From Amphiscolops sp. MND2022 (lineage: Eukaryota), in the NCBI GenBank assembly GCA_964187785.1, contig OZ076413.1:46502001-46566000 (forward strand): 64,000 bases of DNA. Reading direction: 5' to 3'. Of this stretch, positions 37,185-50,940 are shown piece by piece (position 1 is the stretch's first letter; each line of letters begins with the position of its first letter). The translations under genes and the position numbers were made by a program. The notes under the pieces were generated by a model. The model searched no databases. It saw only the letters and a program-made list of their open reading frames with translations, and was not told where the DNA came from.

Positions 37185-38416
37185 AGTATATGGTGATGTG
37201 TATTTGTAGTTGACGAAAATGTAATTTTTCGGTTTTTGATGTTTAAGAAATCTGACTTAAGTATTATGATGAGTTGCTTTTTGTGAAGATGAAAGAACAG
37301 AAGGGTCATCTTCATCAGTTTTGAGATCATAGATGGACGGTCGGAGAAAATTGAACTGAAGTGAGAAAATTTTTATATTATTGTCAAGCCATTACTGATA
37401 TGGTGTCAAAATTTTCGAGGCGTTAGAAGTGAAGAAGTTTTAATTTTTGTCATATAGTTTGAAGGTGTAATCAGTTGGGTGCATATATAAAGATGTTAGT
37501 TGAGATTTGAATGTGTAATTTTCGTTCGATAGAATCCGTATGAGATAATCATCTCTTTGTGTTGAAATTGAATCGTTTGGAGAGATGAGTGGTGGATATA
37601 CAGGAGGAGTAAGAAAGATAGGATTCTTTTTTGATGGTGGAGGTGTTGATAGAGATTATTCAGGAGGTTTATGATTTTGAAATGAAATTTCGTTATTATT
37701 AGTATCAGAAGATTTGTGAGTAGTTTCCATTTGTTCAATTTGATTGCTTGTAGGTTCAATTGGACTGAAAAAAGAAATCGGTGAATTGTTACACAAGAGT
37801 GTAGTTGACGGATCTGAGATGTTTGAAATGATTTGTCAATCCGGTTGTTATTCAAGATCTACATGACCTTGGGTCATATTGAAATTTACTAACGAGTAGC
37901 TTTATCTTGTTTTGAAGGAGTTGTTTGAGACAAGATTCGAACTGTAATCTTAGGTTGGTTTGGACGTACTACAAATATTTCAATTGAAGAACCAATTTTA
38001 ATGGAAAAGAGGAATCAATCGTGATGAAAAACGAAGACTATTCCAGAGAGTTCTATGTTGTGGTGAAAGGCGTTCTGTATTTGTTGAATGAAGAGCTTTA
38101 GATTATTCAAGTCAAAGTGGTCGACTGGTATCACGAGGAGAAAAGTGCTGAATGACCGATGTTAAAACGATGGTGGAAAAGAATAATTTGTTTTGAAAAA
38201 TATCTTGACAGGAGTTTCTGTTTCAGCGTTGTCAAGTGATGTAGAGTTCGATTGACAAGTGTCAGATTTGGAAGTGACATTTGTATAATGTGGTAGTGGA
38301 GGATGTAACATAGATTGTGTGATTGGTTTTGAGTTGTCAATAGTGATTGTATAATAGGATTTACGTCTTGGAAAGAACTTAAATTTTGACATTTAAGATA
38401 GTTTACGTGTGGGACG

Positions 38417-40805
38417 TTAAGTATTAAACGGAGGTGGAGATATGATCCTGTTTGAGTTTTGGGTATCTTTGTTTCTATTTGGAGATAGTTTAAGGTTATC
38501 AGAGGGATAATCTGGGTTAATGGACGTTTGGTCTAATGGGTTTTCGGTGATGGTTGACAAGAAAAATTTTGAAGAAGTATTGTTCGGACACAATGCTCTT
38601 CTTTTGAAAAGAGCGTCTTTTAGGTCATTGATCATTTCAAATGTAAGAATGGTGAAGAAACCATGTGCAATAGAACTAAAAATTGTTATGTTTTGTTCAA
38701 GATTATATTTGATAGAAATTGTTTTGTAAACTTTGATAAGGAGTGTTAGGAGTGCCTGTATAAAAAGGAATGTAGAGAAGTATATTCCACATTGTGTAAG
38801 AATGTAGCATGGGTAACCAAAAAGAGTTATGAATGCATCAGCAAATCATGATGGTGTAAAAAGAGGAGTAAGATTCAAGAGTTTATCATGTAGTCCAATA
38901 CGAAGAGTAATTCAAGGATTTGTTTGAAAAAAGTGTGCATCAGAATAATCTGGAGTATTAGAAGAAAAGAATGAATAGCTAAGAGTTTTTCCAAGTGATT
39001 GAAGTGTTTTATCAGAATGTTTTGAAAAAAGAATTCTGTTCCAAAATGGATCGAGTTCTGCATTTGAATATTTACCAGCATCTTGGGCTGTAAATGTGTT
39101 TGGACGTCTTGTAGTTTTGATTTGATTAGGTGTAAACATAAGCGGCGGTTTGCGTTTTTTAGGTTCTGGGCGAAAAATACAAAAATCTTGATCGTCAGTA
39201 TTAGGGTCAAGTTTTAAAATGTTTCGTAGATTATTATTACAAGGTATAGGAGTAGCATAATCATATGTTTGTCTAGTAATGGGATCTATATACATGAGGT
39301 TATCTTTGTAATGTATAGGACTTCTATCAAATCAACGGTCAGTTTTGTATTAAGGTGGTAAAAAATGAGGACAGTCATATAACCAAGCTGTAGAGCCTTC
39401 AAAATATAGGAATCCAGCAAGTTGAGGATTTTGTACGGACAAAGCAAGTATTGTAAGAGGTTGATTACGTTCTAATTCGCAGATGGTATTAACTGTATTA
39501 AGTTCTTGTACAGTCCTAGAACAAAAAACGTGGTTAATAGTACAATCTATTTTGGGATTAATGTGAGCATCATAGTCAATGGTTGCAAAGTTGTTAGATA
39601 CATTTAGTGCTGAAAACACATAGTGTTTTGTTGTAGGGTCCAATAAAGTTTTACCAGAAATATATTCCTTTATTCTAGATTGAGGAATAGGTTGTCCTGT
39701 ATGCATATTGAAACCTTCTTGATGAGTAACAAAAAGATCTGAATATTGTGTAGTATGAAGAAGTTCATGTTTGCCACAAAATGTTTGAGTGTGTGGAAAG
39801 AGTTCAAAACGTGACAGACTTGGGTTATGTGGGTTTTGTGTGTGAGGGGCATGAATGTATGGAAAGGAAGTGCCTTGTATTCCAGAGGAAGTAGAGAAGA
39901 GTGGATAAAAGAGTCTGTCTCGACCCAAAATCTATCATTTATTTTAGTCATTCTACTGAAAAAGTCTTGGAGTTTGAAAAGTAAACAAAGTCGTCACTAA
40001 ACCAGACAAGTGTTAAAAGAGTTTTAGTGGTGGGTTTACAAAAACCGTCAGCAAAATAACATGGAAGTGCATGTCAGTCTATTACCATTTGGTTTTCGGT
40101 ATCGTCATAAGTAAGTTCTACTTCAGAGGCGAAAAGTCTCCAACTAAGTCAATTCAATTCAAATTGGTTATGTTCTGGACAATTGCGAAAAAGATTGTTC
40201 TTTGGATCCTAAATCCAAAATTTAAATGCTGGCATTTAAGTGAAAGTACCCGAATACATTGTATTGAAGTTATAAACTGTAAAAAGAGTTTGATATTGTT
40301 TAAGTTTCTCTTGAAAGTAATGATCTTCTAGAAGTGTAAACGTACAGTTGTAACGAAAATTGTTTAATATTTTATTATTTGTACCATTAGGATGTCTAAT
40401 AAGGATTTTACATTCTAATGGATCAAGAGTGATAGGAAGAGGTAATGTAATATGGTTCCATACGGTTCCATCAACACGTCTGAAAATAATCGAGCCTTGG
40501 AAATAAAGTTTTTCTTTCCTTCTTAGCGTAAGCTTCACATTCAAAAACTTTAACTCGCTTAGCTTTAGCTCGAACATAAAATCACGCTCGAACTTTAGCA
40601 CGTTGAATGTTTGAAGGGGCTTGAATTGCCTCAAATGATGTTGTTTTTTACAATCAGAATGAGAAATTATAAGATTTGTATTGTTTGGGTCATCTGGAGG
40701 AAGATAATTGTCTGTATATGTAAGTTCAGTAGGTATTGCTTGAGAGTATAAACAAATGTTACATAGAGAAATGTAAAATAATATTTGTGTATAGATTGTG
40801 AACAT
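38417..40805 (-). pseudogene. Envelope glycoprotein, class III fusogen-like (chuvirus G / herpes gB-like)
   Basis: Signal peptide MFTIYTQILFYISLCNICLYSQA; Cys-rich ectodomain; ICELERNQPLTILALSVQNPQLAG..EGSTAWLYDCP..PIHYKD..YIDPITRQTYDYATPIPC; TM YILTQCGIYFSTFLFIQALLTLLI at ~38735-38805. Confidence 0.8.
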
Positions 40806-42137
40806 ATGTCTTTTAGAACAATGTAGTAATTAAGGCCGGAATAGGGGTTGTGAAACATGATTTTGCCATAGGTCAAGTCTGGAAGCGTAGGATCTCTGTT
40901 AAAATCTACGTATGTGACTAAAAAAGGAGCAGAAGTAGTTTTACGTTCTAGTTTTGCTATTTGAAATATTGGATGGGGATTTAATCACTGAAATCTGATT
41001 TTTATTTCAACTTTTAATTCTGGGTTTGGGTGTTGAAGTCTTTTAAGTTCAAGTTCTTTACGTGTTCCAGAAAGTGTATCGCTGTTATGTATGAATCGTT
41101 GTGCAAGAAGAGTAAAACTAGGATCCAATCTAGGTTCGTATATAGTGATTCAGTCAACACGTAATGGATAGTCAGCAAAGTTATGAGTAGGAGGTCTAGA
41201 GTTATCTGCTGTGAAATATTCTGGGAGACGTACTGTAGGTTGTACAGAAGTAGGTACTAAAACTTCGGGGAAAATTTTACCAGATGAGTATGCAGTCTGT
41301 ACGTCAGATGATATTAGAGATGTTGTGTCTATACCAGACGTATAGAAAAGTGTGGAACAAGTTCAGAAGAGTGTGTTTCAGAAAATTGTAGTTGACCGTG
41401 TTGTCTTAGGAGGCGAGAAGTGGAACTGCTGGATAGTGCAGGAAAATTAAGAGTAGATGTATCAGTACTTAGTCGTCGATTAGGTAGAGGACGAAGATTG
41501 TATCTATTTTGAGGTGTATATATTGTAATATTTGAGTCTTGTGATGGTTTATATCCTTAAGTTGAATCGTCGTCTAGTAAGTTTGATAGTGAAGTAGAAA
41601 GTTTCTTGGGTGGTTTGAGAGTAGGGTATATTTGTGACTTTGTATTGGATTCATTGTCTGTATTATAAGTTGTTTTTGATACTTTTATTCTGTTTTGATA
41701 GCTGTTCCGAGTTTTTGTGGTTTATATTCTTTGTATTTCGCAACAGATTCTGGATTTGTTTTATGGACCAGAGGAGTCTGGATAGGTGATGAGTGTGAGC
41801 GAGATGGTGGACTTATAGGTATTTCAGTTATAGGAGGTCAGTTTCTATTACAAGTTGTACTAGAACTAACTAACTAAGAAGTATCAAAAATGTTAGAAAT
41901 TGGTCTTGTAGGTGGTGTAGTTACATTACGTGAGTGATTTGTGAAAACTGTTTGAGAAGTGCAACTTGTTGAACTTGGTGCTGATGGAGATGTATCAAAA
42001 GTCGAATCCAGGTTGTCAGACTTTCCTACTTATTGAGTTTCTGTGTTTATGCTTCAAGTTTTCAGAGCTGATACTGATTAGGGTCTTTAGAGCTGATGCT
42101 TATTTAAGGTCTCCAAAAGTTATGAATGATCAGTGGT

Positions 42138-43855
42138 TTAAATGTTGGAGGGAGAAACGAAAAGTCTATAATCCTTTCGTGGTTGTTGTCGTAATTTATA
42201 ATGAGATTTTAGAGTTCTATTTTGAGGTGTACCATCGGGTGTAGCAAGAGAAGAGCTTTCAGTAGGATGACGGATACGAGTATAAGATGGATTAGTGTCA
42301 TGAGTTTTACTAATTGTCTTATAAGATGAAGTGTCATTTAAAGAAGTATCAGGATTATGTGGATGAGGGGTATTATAGGATTCATCATCGGATGGTGAAG
42401 TGTCAGAAAGGAATGAAGACGAATCACTGTTTGCGTATTTAATGGGTTTGGGAATATCTGTAATAATAGAATCTGGAAATTGCAAAAAGTTACGAAGATG
42501 AGGGTATGAGAGTGGTTCTTTTGGATAATAAGGTATCAAATGGTTTCGATGGATATGAAATGTACTGCCATCTTGTGATAGAAGTTCATAGGTTACGTCT
42601 GAGAGGCGTTCTAATATTCTGTAAGCTCCAATACGAAGAGGTTTAATTTTGTCGGAGAAATGAACATGAGTGAAATTACGTTTCAAAACAAAGGTACCAA
42701 GTGGCAATAGTTTACCTTCATGATATGTTTTTTTTTATATATGCTTGAGTATTGATATTTTAAAGAGTATAGTTTTGTACTATTGTATAAATTTGTAGCA
42801 TAGCGGTTTCAACTGCAAGAAACTATTGTGGAATAGGTTTTGAGAGTGTTTTGCGAAAAAATGGGTTTATGTCAGTTGTGTCATAATGAGAGTTTTCTGG
42901 TTTTTGTGAACTATCTTGACATATATATGTGTTATTTTTGTTACGATTAAGGTTTAAATCGAATGTTAGAGGAATTCGAGGTCGTATATGGAAGACATAT
43001 ACGAATATGTGTACCGAGGATTTTGTTTCGAACTTCAACAAGTTCATTATTCCAAAGGGAGTAAGGTGTTCTAGGAGAGTGTCTAATACCCATGAGTGTA
43101 CAAAGGTGTGCCATATCGGTGTTCATATATTCTGATCCACAAACAGTGACAAGATAGATGAGTGGACCAAATTTGACAATCCAGTGATGTAAAAGTGTCT
43201 TAACTACTGTTTTAGCATTGTTAGATTTGATAGGTACTGTAACGACAAAGTGACTAAAAGCGTCAACAATGACGTGTAAGTAAGATTTATTTTGTGAAGT
43301 AGGAGTGATGGGAACTTTGGTGTCCATTGAAATACGATAGTTGAAAGAAGGAGCATGTGCTGAAAAAGATTGTATAAGAGCAGTATTGATTTTCGTATTT
43401 AAGTGTTTATTGCGTTGACATTCAAGACAGTCATGGGTGAAAATGGATAACCATTTTTCAAGGAATGAAGTTTATTAGTTTCGTGAAAATGTATTGTAAG
43501 TAATTTTTTTGCCAGCATGACAATGAGCGTGAATTTTGGTAAAAGCTGTTTTAAAAAGTCTAAAAGGAAGGCAAATCCTAATATCACTATAAACTAAGGG
43601 TATAGTTGTACTTGATTGTGTGTCAGAAAAGGGTTTGTTTTTTGTATATAGACTTATGAGGTTAGTGCCAACGTCAATAAAAAGTTGAGAGAAGACTTTG
43701 TAATATGCGTGTAGAAAAGGAGAACCATGTATCAAAGGTGTACGATATTCAGGTTTAACGTTGTGACGTATCCAGTGGTATAGGGTTTTCAAAACAGGAT
43801 CTTGGGCTGGTTGATGTTGGTATGTATGTAGGTTTAGTGAAAAATCATCAGGCAA
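42138..43855 (-). pseudogene. Integrase
   Basis: KIHAHCHAG; SMDTK..YLHVIVDAFSHF..LVT.CGSEY..RTPYSLWNN.LVE; KIKPLRIGAYRILERLSDVTYEL. Confidence 0.92.
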
Positions 43856-44195
43856 GAAGAAACCTTGAAAATAGTTCTTGTAAAGTAGGAAGGGTCATAA
43901 AAGGGTATGACTTGAGACGTATGTGTAGAGAGTTTAATAGGTTCGGTTGTATCATTTACAGAAGGTAATAATGAAGAAGGTTCTGTGTTTGTGAGTGTAG
44001 AAGAACTTTTTGAACGTGCGAGAATGGGTGTTTGATATGTATCATTGATTTGATCATTGGGTGAAAATGTAACAGATTTTGGAAAACGAGTGTATATATG
44101 ATCATCATCATCACTAGTAACATCAGTATCGTTAAGAAGTAAAGATTGTTGATGTAAGGATTTGTTATGTTTTCTAGCAGGTGTTTTATATTTTT

Positions 44196-44768
44196 TTAGA
44201 ATGGATTTATAGATATGAAGGAAAATGAGTCTAGAGGTTTGACAATAATGTCGTTGCCTTTATCATTTATACGGATAAGGAACTTATCTGTTCCATAATC
44301 AGCAAGAATAGGGTGAGAACCATGCTTTTGATGTGGTAATATTTCTTCTTGTTGTATTAAGTAATGAAGAGGTGTTAAAGAGTTATTTTGTAGTATTGCA
44401 AAATCTATTTGGGGTGCTAGTTGTTTGTGTTTGAGTTGATTCAGTTGTAGTTCAGTTTTTGTAGAAGAACGACTGAGCATGTCTGCAACAGACAATCTTT
44501 TACCTGGAGTATGAATATTTTTTAATTTGGAAAATTTTGTAAGTTGCATTTGAGCACAATGAAGACGTGGACTAAGATTTCCTTTTTTTGTGAAACAGTG
44601 TAACAGAGGTTCATGATCTGTGAATATGTGGATTGGATGTGGAGAACCAATGATAAGGATTTCATATATTTGAAGAGCATGTACTATACCAAGAAGTTCA
44701 CGATCTAGTGTAGAGAGTCTTTGTTCTTGTGGAACAAGTAATCGGGACTTGTGAGAAATAACTTTCAC
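44196..44768 (-). pseudogene. RNase H
   Basis: STLDRELLGIVHAL..IHIFTDHEPL..HTPGKRLSVADMLSR. Confidence 0.93.
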
Positions 44769-44812
44769 TTTATTGTTTTCATTGAGTTGGAAACGGACAG
44801 CCCCTAGTCCAA

Positions 44813-45800
44813 TTAATGAGACATCAACAGTATTGAAAAAGGATGTTTTGTCTTGGGTTTTGTAAGTTCTGTATCAAGTTTCATGTTCAGTAGTCCATGA
44901 CCACGGAGTATTTTCTTGTAATAAATCATCAAAAGGTTTAAATTAAGGTGAAATTTTCCGATAACTTTTGTATAAAAATTAGCTGCACCTATAAAACTCA
45001 TGAGGGCAACTTTACCAGTAGGCGAGTGGATTTTATGAATTGCATCAACTTTAGAGTGTATAGTTTTAATTGTGTTATAACCATTTTCAAGTTCAAGAAA
45101 CTTACCATTGAGTACCATTGATATTTCAGGAGCTAGTTTCAAATTATGTTTTGTACTGATATAATGAAATTGTTCAATAAAATGGAACATTCGTTCTTTA
45201 GAAATAGAAAGGAATAAAACATCGTCAATATAAATGAGGGCAAAGCCTTGTTCTTTGAGAGTTTTGAAGAAGGAAGACATTTGTTTTGTAAAAAAGATTG
45301 GTTCTCCTTTAAGTCCATAAAAACCTCTAATGAATGCGAAAAGTTCATCACCTGAGGAAAAACTAGAAAGCTTTATGGTTTCCCCATCAAGGGGAACGTG
45401 AGCATATGCCTACATTGAGTTTATAGCAAACTTGTATTTTTTATTTGCACGAGCTAAATGTGGAGCAAGTGGTTCTTTGGGCCAGGTTTCATCGGATTGT
45501 TCTGTATTGGAGTTCAAATGTCTGGCGTCTAAAACACATACAATAGAGTCTCCTTTGGGTATAATAATGAGAGGATTGAGATAGGTTGTGCCAAAGTTAG
45601 GTTTGTCTTCAGGAGAAGAGCCAATTGGTTTAATAAAGTTGTGTTTCTCTAATTCTTTAAGTAAGTTATTGAGTTTTTCACTGTATGGATAGGGACTTTA
45701 GATGGACGTTGCGCATTTGGTTTTAAACGTATTCTGAAAGGAGTTTCAATTTTTCCAATATCAATTTAATGTGTAGCATAGAAATTTTTGTGTTTTACTA
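44813..45800 (-). pseudogene. Reverse transcriptase
   Basis: YLNPLIIIPKGDS, VLDARHLNS, ALIYIDDV, ALMSFIGAANFY. Confidence 0.92.
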
Positions 45801-46427
45801 ATAAATTACACAATGTTACATATTCGGTATCGGTAACATCGGAAAATTGGAAGTTGAATTTGTTTAAAAACTTGAGATTGTCTGTTGAGTATGGTAGTGT
45901 AGGAAAAGTGTAAGACTTTGGTGTGTCAGAAGTAGGTTGAACATGTTCTATATTGGAAGGAGGTATATCATGTAATGTAGGAGATGTCATGTGTTTTTGA
46001 TGTAAAGAAAAATGAATTGATAAAGAAGGTTTATCTTGTGTAGGTGTGTTATAGTTAGATAAAGGAATTTGTTCAGGTTTATCTGGGTGATAAGTATGAG
46101 CTACATTCATACAAGAAGGTTTAGATCATTAACTTGATTGTATTTAGGTTGTTCATTTGTGATAGGTACTTCAATATAACCAATATGTCCTTTTGGAAGT
46201 GTTGCAATATGTAGAGTTTTGAATAATTGTACAACAAACATCAGGTTTGTCATCAGTGAAAACTTCAATGAAATTGAAAGTTGTACGAAATTTAGATGAA
46301 AAGTATGTAAGTGGTTTTGTTGGAGAGAATTTGTTTTTGAGAGTTGTAGCAAACTGAAGATTGTAGTAGTTCTTTATGGGAAAATGAGCAATTTTTGAAG
46401 GAGTTTGGATTTAAACGTCTTTGTGTT

Positions 46428-46958
46428 TTAGTTAGAATTAATTCTGTATATGTACGAGAAACATGGATAGTCTTTCGAAAGTAGAGAAGTAAATTCAGTG
46501 GTATTCGGTTGATCTTTGGATTGGTATTTGATTTGTTTTGTAAAGTCTTGAATATTGGTGTTCTGTATATATACTTCAAAGAATGGAGCTCCAAGAATAT
46601 TATATTCAATATCTGCAACAGCAAATGAGATAGTTAACAGTCTAGGAGTTTGTTCGAAAGTCGTATTTAAGGTAGTAGTTATATAATGTAAAACAGGAAC
46701 TTCAGTTTGATTTGCAACAGTCAACGTTTCTGATGTGTGATTTGTTGTGGTATTAAATGTGATATTGAGAAGTTTCGCAATTGTAAGATAGGTAGAGTAG
46801 TTGAGTACTGAAATGGAAGCACCGCTATCTAATAAAAATGAGATTTCTAGTCTTGAAGGATGATCATTATCATTGTATCTTTCAGGAGTATGTAGATTGA
46901 GAGAGTGAAACCAAATTGCAGGTGTCAAAGCGTTAGCCATTTCTGTAGGATGGTACAC
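46428..46958 (-). pseudogene. Aspartic protease
   Basis: FLLDSGASISVL ... LTVAN ... YNILGAPF. Confidence 0.92.
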
Positions 46959-46972
46959 ATGGATTTCAAAGT

Positions 46973-48553
46973 TTATAGGTGAATTTGATTGTTTTTATTG
47001 AATGGTGTTGACTTTGTTTTTTGTTTCAGAACTTGATCTAGATCTGAAAGGTCTAGACTCTCGTGGTTGTGAAGAAGATCTATATGACGAAGTGCCTTGT
47101 GGAAATTGTCTATCTCTAGAGTATGAACGTGATCTTTATCTAGGACCTGGATCTCGTCTATATGGTGATCTACATAAAGATCTGAATGATGGATGATGAG
47201 AACACGAATCTCGTCTATAGTTATCATATCTTGATCTGTTAAATTGTGGAGAAGGAGTAGTTCTGTCATATCTGTATCGGTCTCTAGAGTGAGAACGATA
47301 TCGATTTTGTGATGAAGTATTGCGATTTGTATGACCATGACGTGAGGTACTTCTACTACAGTATCTATCATAGGATTCTGTAGGTTTGTTATTTGTTCTG
47401 TAAGAGTTATTGTCACGAGAAGAAGGTCGGAAGTATTGTACAAATGATTTTCGAGGAGATTCAGATCTAGCATAAGCGTCTCTTTTATCTTCATCATCGC
47501 GTTGTTTCTTGAACCAAGCAGAGATGGAGTGGTTTGTTCTATGATAATATGGACAATTTTTTTTATGCTGGTTTGTGTTTGTTATTTGGGTCACTGGGTT
47601 GTGTAAATATAAGGTGTTCCGATTGTTGTGTTTCTAAGTTTTGTGATTGTAATTGATTTGTAACAGAATTTACTTCAAGAGTAAGATCATGAGTGCGTGT
47701 TTTATCATTGGCCATATCTTCAGCGTCTACGAGTGTTACAAGTGTATGAAATGGTATTGAAGGTTCTAAAACAGTTGAAGTATGTTTTACTTGTCTTTTA
47801 TTTGCAAAGTCGTTGAGGTTTTTGGGAAGGCCTTCAGTAAAAAAATTCATTACAAATCAAGTTAATGGAAACAACATTTTCATAACACCAGCCTTTTTCA
47901 ACTAGTTGTTGAACTTTAGGAGCAAAGTGGCGTATTGTTTTTTTATTCTTTTTGACAAGAGATAGGGCTTCAACTTGTGCATAAAAAGCGTTCTTTTGAG
48001 AAGAAAATTGTTTGTCAAAAGCTTGTACAAAAGCAGACCAGTCTTGTTTCTATTTGTCGTTTAAGCAAATGTACCAGCTAAGGGCTGTACCAGTAAAATA
48101 GCATTGTAAAAAGCCATTCATCGAGCGTGCCAGAATTTGTATTCATGAAAAGTTGTATGTTGTAGGCCTAAAGAAAATGTAACACGAGCTTCAATGTGTT
48201 GTAAATATTCTTCAGGTGTATTTATGATCAAGGCCATCAGTTAGTTTGGTTGGTTTTGAAACAGAAGTAAAAGAATTGATGTATGAAGAATTTGAAATGG
48301 TTGTGGATGGTTGAATATAAGGATGTGTTATATGGTAGTTTGAATGTGAGGTATTTGTTTGTAGATTGTTAGTGTTTGTTGGAATTCGTGATATAGGTGT
48401 AAAATCTGGATTGGTTCTAATAGAGAAGGTTGATGGCACTGGAATACTTTGGTGTTGTAAAGAGTTACTTGAAGTATTCGTGTGAGTGTTATGTTCTAAA
48501 GAATATATAGAATGTTGTGTATTATGTGTAATTGTACTTGATAAAAAATACAT
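46973..48553 (-). pseudogene. Gag core, degenerate zinc knuckle and RS-rich tail
   Basis: DGLDHKYTPEEYL; FTEGLPKNL; CPYYHRTNHSISAW; RSHSRDRYRYDR. Confidence 0.8.
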
Positions 48554-49185
48554 TGTAATGGGTTGGCTGGAATTGTTTGTAATGGAGTTTTAGAAAGCGT
48601 ATATTAGGAGAAGGATTTGTATGTGTCATGTTATTGTTAAAGGTGGTTGGTATGTTTGGATCAAAAGTGTTTTGTGCTTGTGTATACTGATGTGTGGTAA
48701 CAGACGTACTTTCAGGAGTTGAAGGAGATTGAAATGTAAATCGTGGGCGTGTGTTATTCATTAGACCATTAATTTTGTTATTAGAGGAACCTGGTTGGTG
48801 AGATGTGGAAGAAGAAGTATATGTATCAGGTTCATGTGGGGGAGGTGGATGATAGTTTCTGGATGTTGGTGGTTGTAGTGATGACTGTGGTATAGTGGTA
48901 TCAGTAGTAGATAAGGTCGAAGAACCTTGGGTTAAATATTGTGAATCTTGTTTGTTCTGTATTGCGTCTTAAATCGTGTTCAACATGTCTTACAGGTTTT
49001 AATAAGGCATTTGAATTGACTGTGAGATCTGTACTTTGAATATCAGGTGTAGGATTTGGATTTTGAAACGTATCTTGATTATTTTCATCATCATGATTGT
49101 CATCTGATTGAAATGACAATATCTCAAGTTGTAGAGTAGATGGTTGTTCTGTCATTGATTGTGTTCTTTGTGGATTTTGTTGTGG

Positions 49186-50124
49186 CTATTGGACTTGTGA
49201 TTCAGAAGTGTCACAAAAAAGTTCATTTGAGTCTTGAATTTGAATGTTAGTGTTATGAGGTGTTGTATGCATTTCAGTTGTAGATATAGTAGTATATGGT
49301 CGGTTATCTGACGTTTCAGAACGTTCTAGAATAACATTAACATCAAAAGCAACAATTTTGAAGTATGGTATATGAAATTGTGGAACATTTATGTATCGTA
49401 AGTGTTTGAAATCATCTCTTATAATAAAAGGTAATAAACCTACTTTATCGAAGGTTTGTGGAAAATTAGTATATGCAGATTGCTCTTGTTGTACCCATAC
49501 TAATTGATAATTGAATCGAAAGATTTTCAAAAGGAATCTAGCAAAGACTTGGATTTCTGGTATAGTGTCATCATTAAGTGTGAGATTTTGGAAGAAGTTG
49601 TACTGAAAATGTGTAATTTGTAATATATCTTGTTGTAACCAGTGGTGAGGGTTATTTTGTCTAGTTATCTTGGAATCCATATCTGGGACTTCAAAATATT
49701 GATGTTTTTGTTGAAGACTTTCTAATAAGGAAGGACGATTTAAAGGTTTATCTAAACTTTCATTGACTTCGATTAATTCATTTATATAGTTATGAAAACC
49801 GTCTTGTTTTGTTAGTTGTATGTTTTGTGAGTAGATTGTTCTATAGTATATTCCAGTGATAACGTTTTCAACAGGGTTAAAAATGACTTGGAATTGTGTT
49901 TGTGATGGAATTATTTCATAAGTTTTATATCTGTTGTGATAAAGATAAGAATCTAGATGTTCTTTAAGGAGAGGTGTGGTATGTATAGAGTGAGGTTCAG
50001 TTTCAAATGGTAATGGATGTGTGTACTGAAAGATGAGATTCTGTAGAAAAGGGTTAACGTCATTAGTGATTGAACGTACATGACGAGTTGGTGCCGTACT
50101 ACATTGAAAGAAAGTAGGGAGCAT
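49186..50124 (-). CDS. ORF1 / gag N-terminal domain, copy 3
   Basis: 312-aa ORF, near-identical to the other copies. Confidence 0.6.
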   Translation of the reverse strand: MLPTFFQCSTAPTRHVRSITNDVNPFLQNLIFQYTHPLPFETEPHSIHTTPLLKEHLDSYLYHNRYKTYEIIPSQTQFQVIFNPVENVITGIYYRTIYSQNIQLTKQDGFHNYINELIEVNESLDKPLNRPSLLESLQQKHQYFEVPDMDSKITRQNNPHHWLQQDILQITHFQYNFFQNLTLNDDTIPEIQVFARFLLKIFRFNYQLVWVQQEQSAYTNFPQTFDKVGLLPFIIRDDFKHLRYINVPQFHIPYFKIVAFDVNVILERSETSDNRPYTTISTTEMHTTPHNTNIQIQDSNELFCDTSESQVQ

Positions 50125-50940
50125 ATTGAATACTTGGAATTCGTGATATAGGTGTAAAATCAGGATTGGTTCTAATAGAGAAGGTTGATGGCACTGGAAT
50201 ACTTTGGTGTTGTAAAGAGTTACTTGAAGTAGTCGTGTGAGTGTTATGTTCTAAAGAATATATAGAATGTTGTGTATTATGTGTAATTGTACTTGATAAA
50301 AAATACGTTGTAATGGGTTGGCTGGAATTGTTTGTAATGGAGTTTTAGAAAGCGTATATTAGGAGAAGGATTTGTATGTGTTTTGTTATTGTTAAAGGTG
50401 GTTGGTATGTTTGGATCAAAAGTGTTTTGTGCTTGTGTATACGGATGTGTGGTAACAGACGTACTTTCAGGAGTTGAAGGAGATTGAAATGTAAATCGTG
50501 GGCGTGTGTTATTCATTAGACCATTAATTTTGTTATTAGAGGAACCTGGTTGGTGAGATGTGGAAGAAGAAGTATATGTATCAGGTTCATGTGGGGGAGG
50601 TGGATGATAGTTTCTGGATGTTGGTGGTTGTAGTGATGACTGTGGTATAGTGGTATCAGTAGTAGATAAGGTCGAAGAACCTTGGGTTAAATATTGTGAA
50701 TCTTGTTTGTTCTGTATTGCGTCTTAAATCGTGTTCAACATGTCTTACAGGTTTTAATAAGGCATTTGAATTGACTGTGAGATCTGTACTTTGATTATCA
50801 AGTGTAGGATTTGGATTTTGAAACGTATCTTGATTATTGTCATCATCATGATTGTCATCTGATTGAAATGACAATATCTCAAGTTGTAGAGTAGATGGTT
50901 GTTCTGTCATTGATTGTGTTCTTTGTGGATTTTGTTGTGG

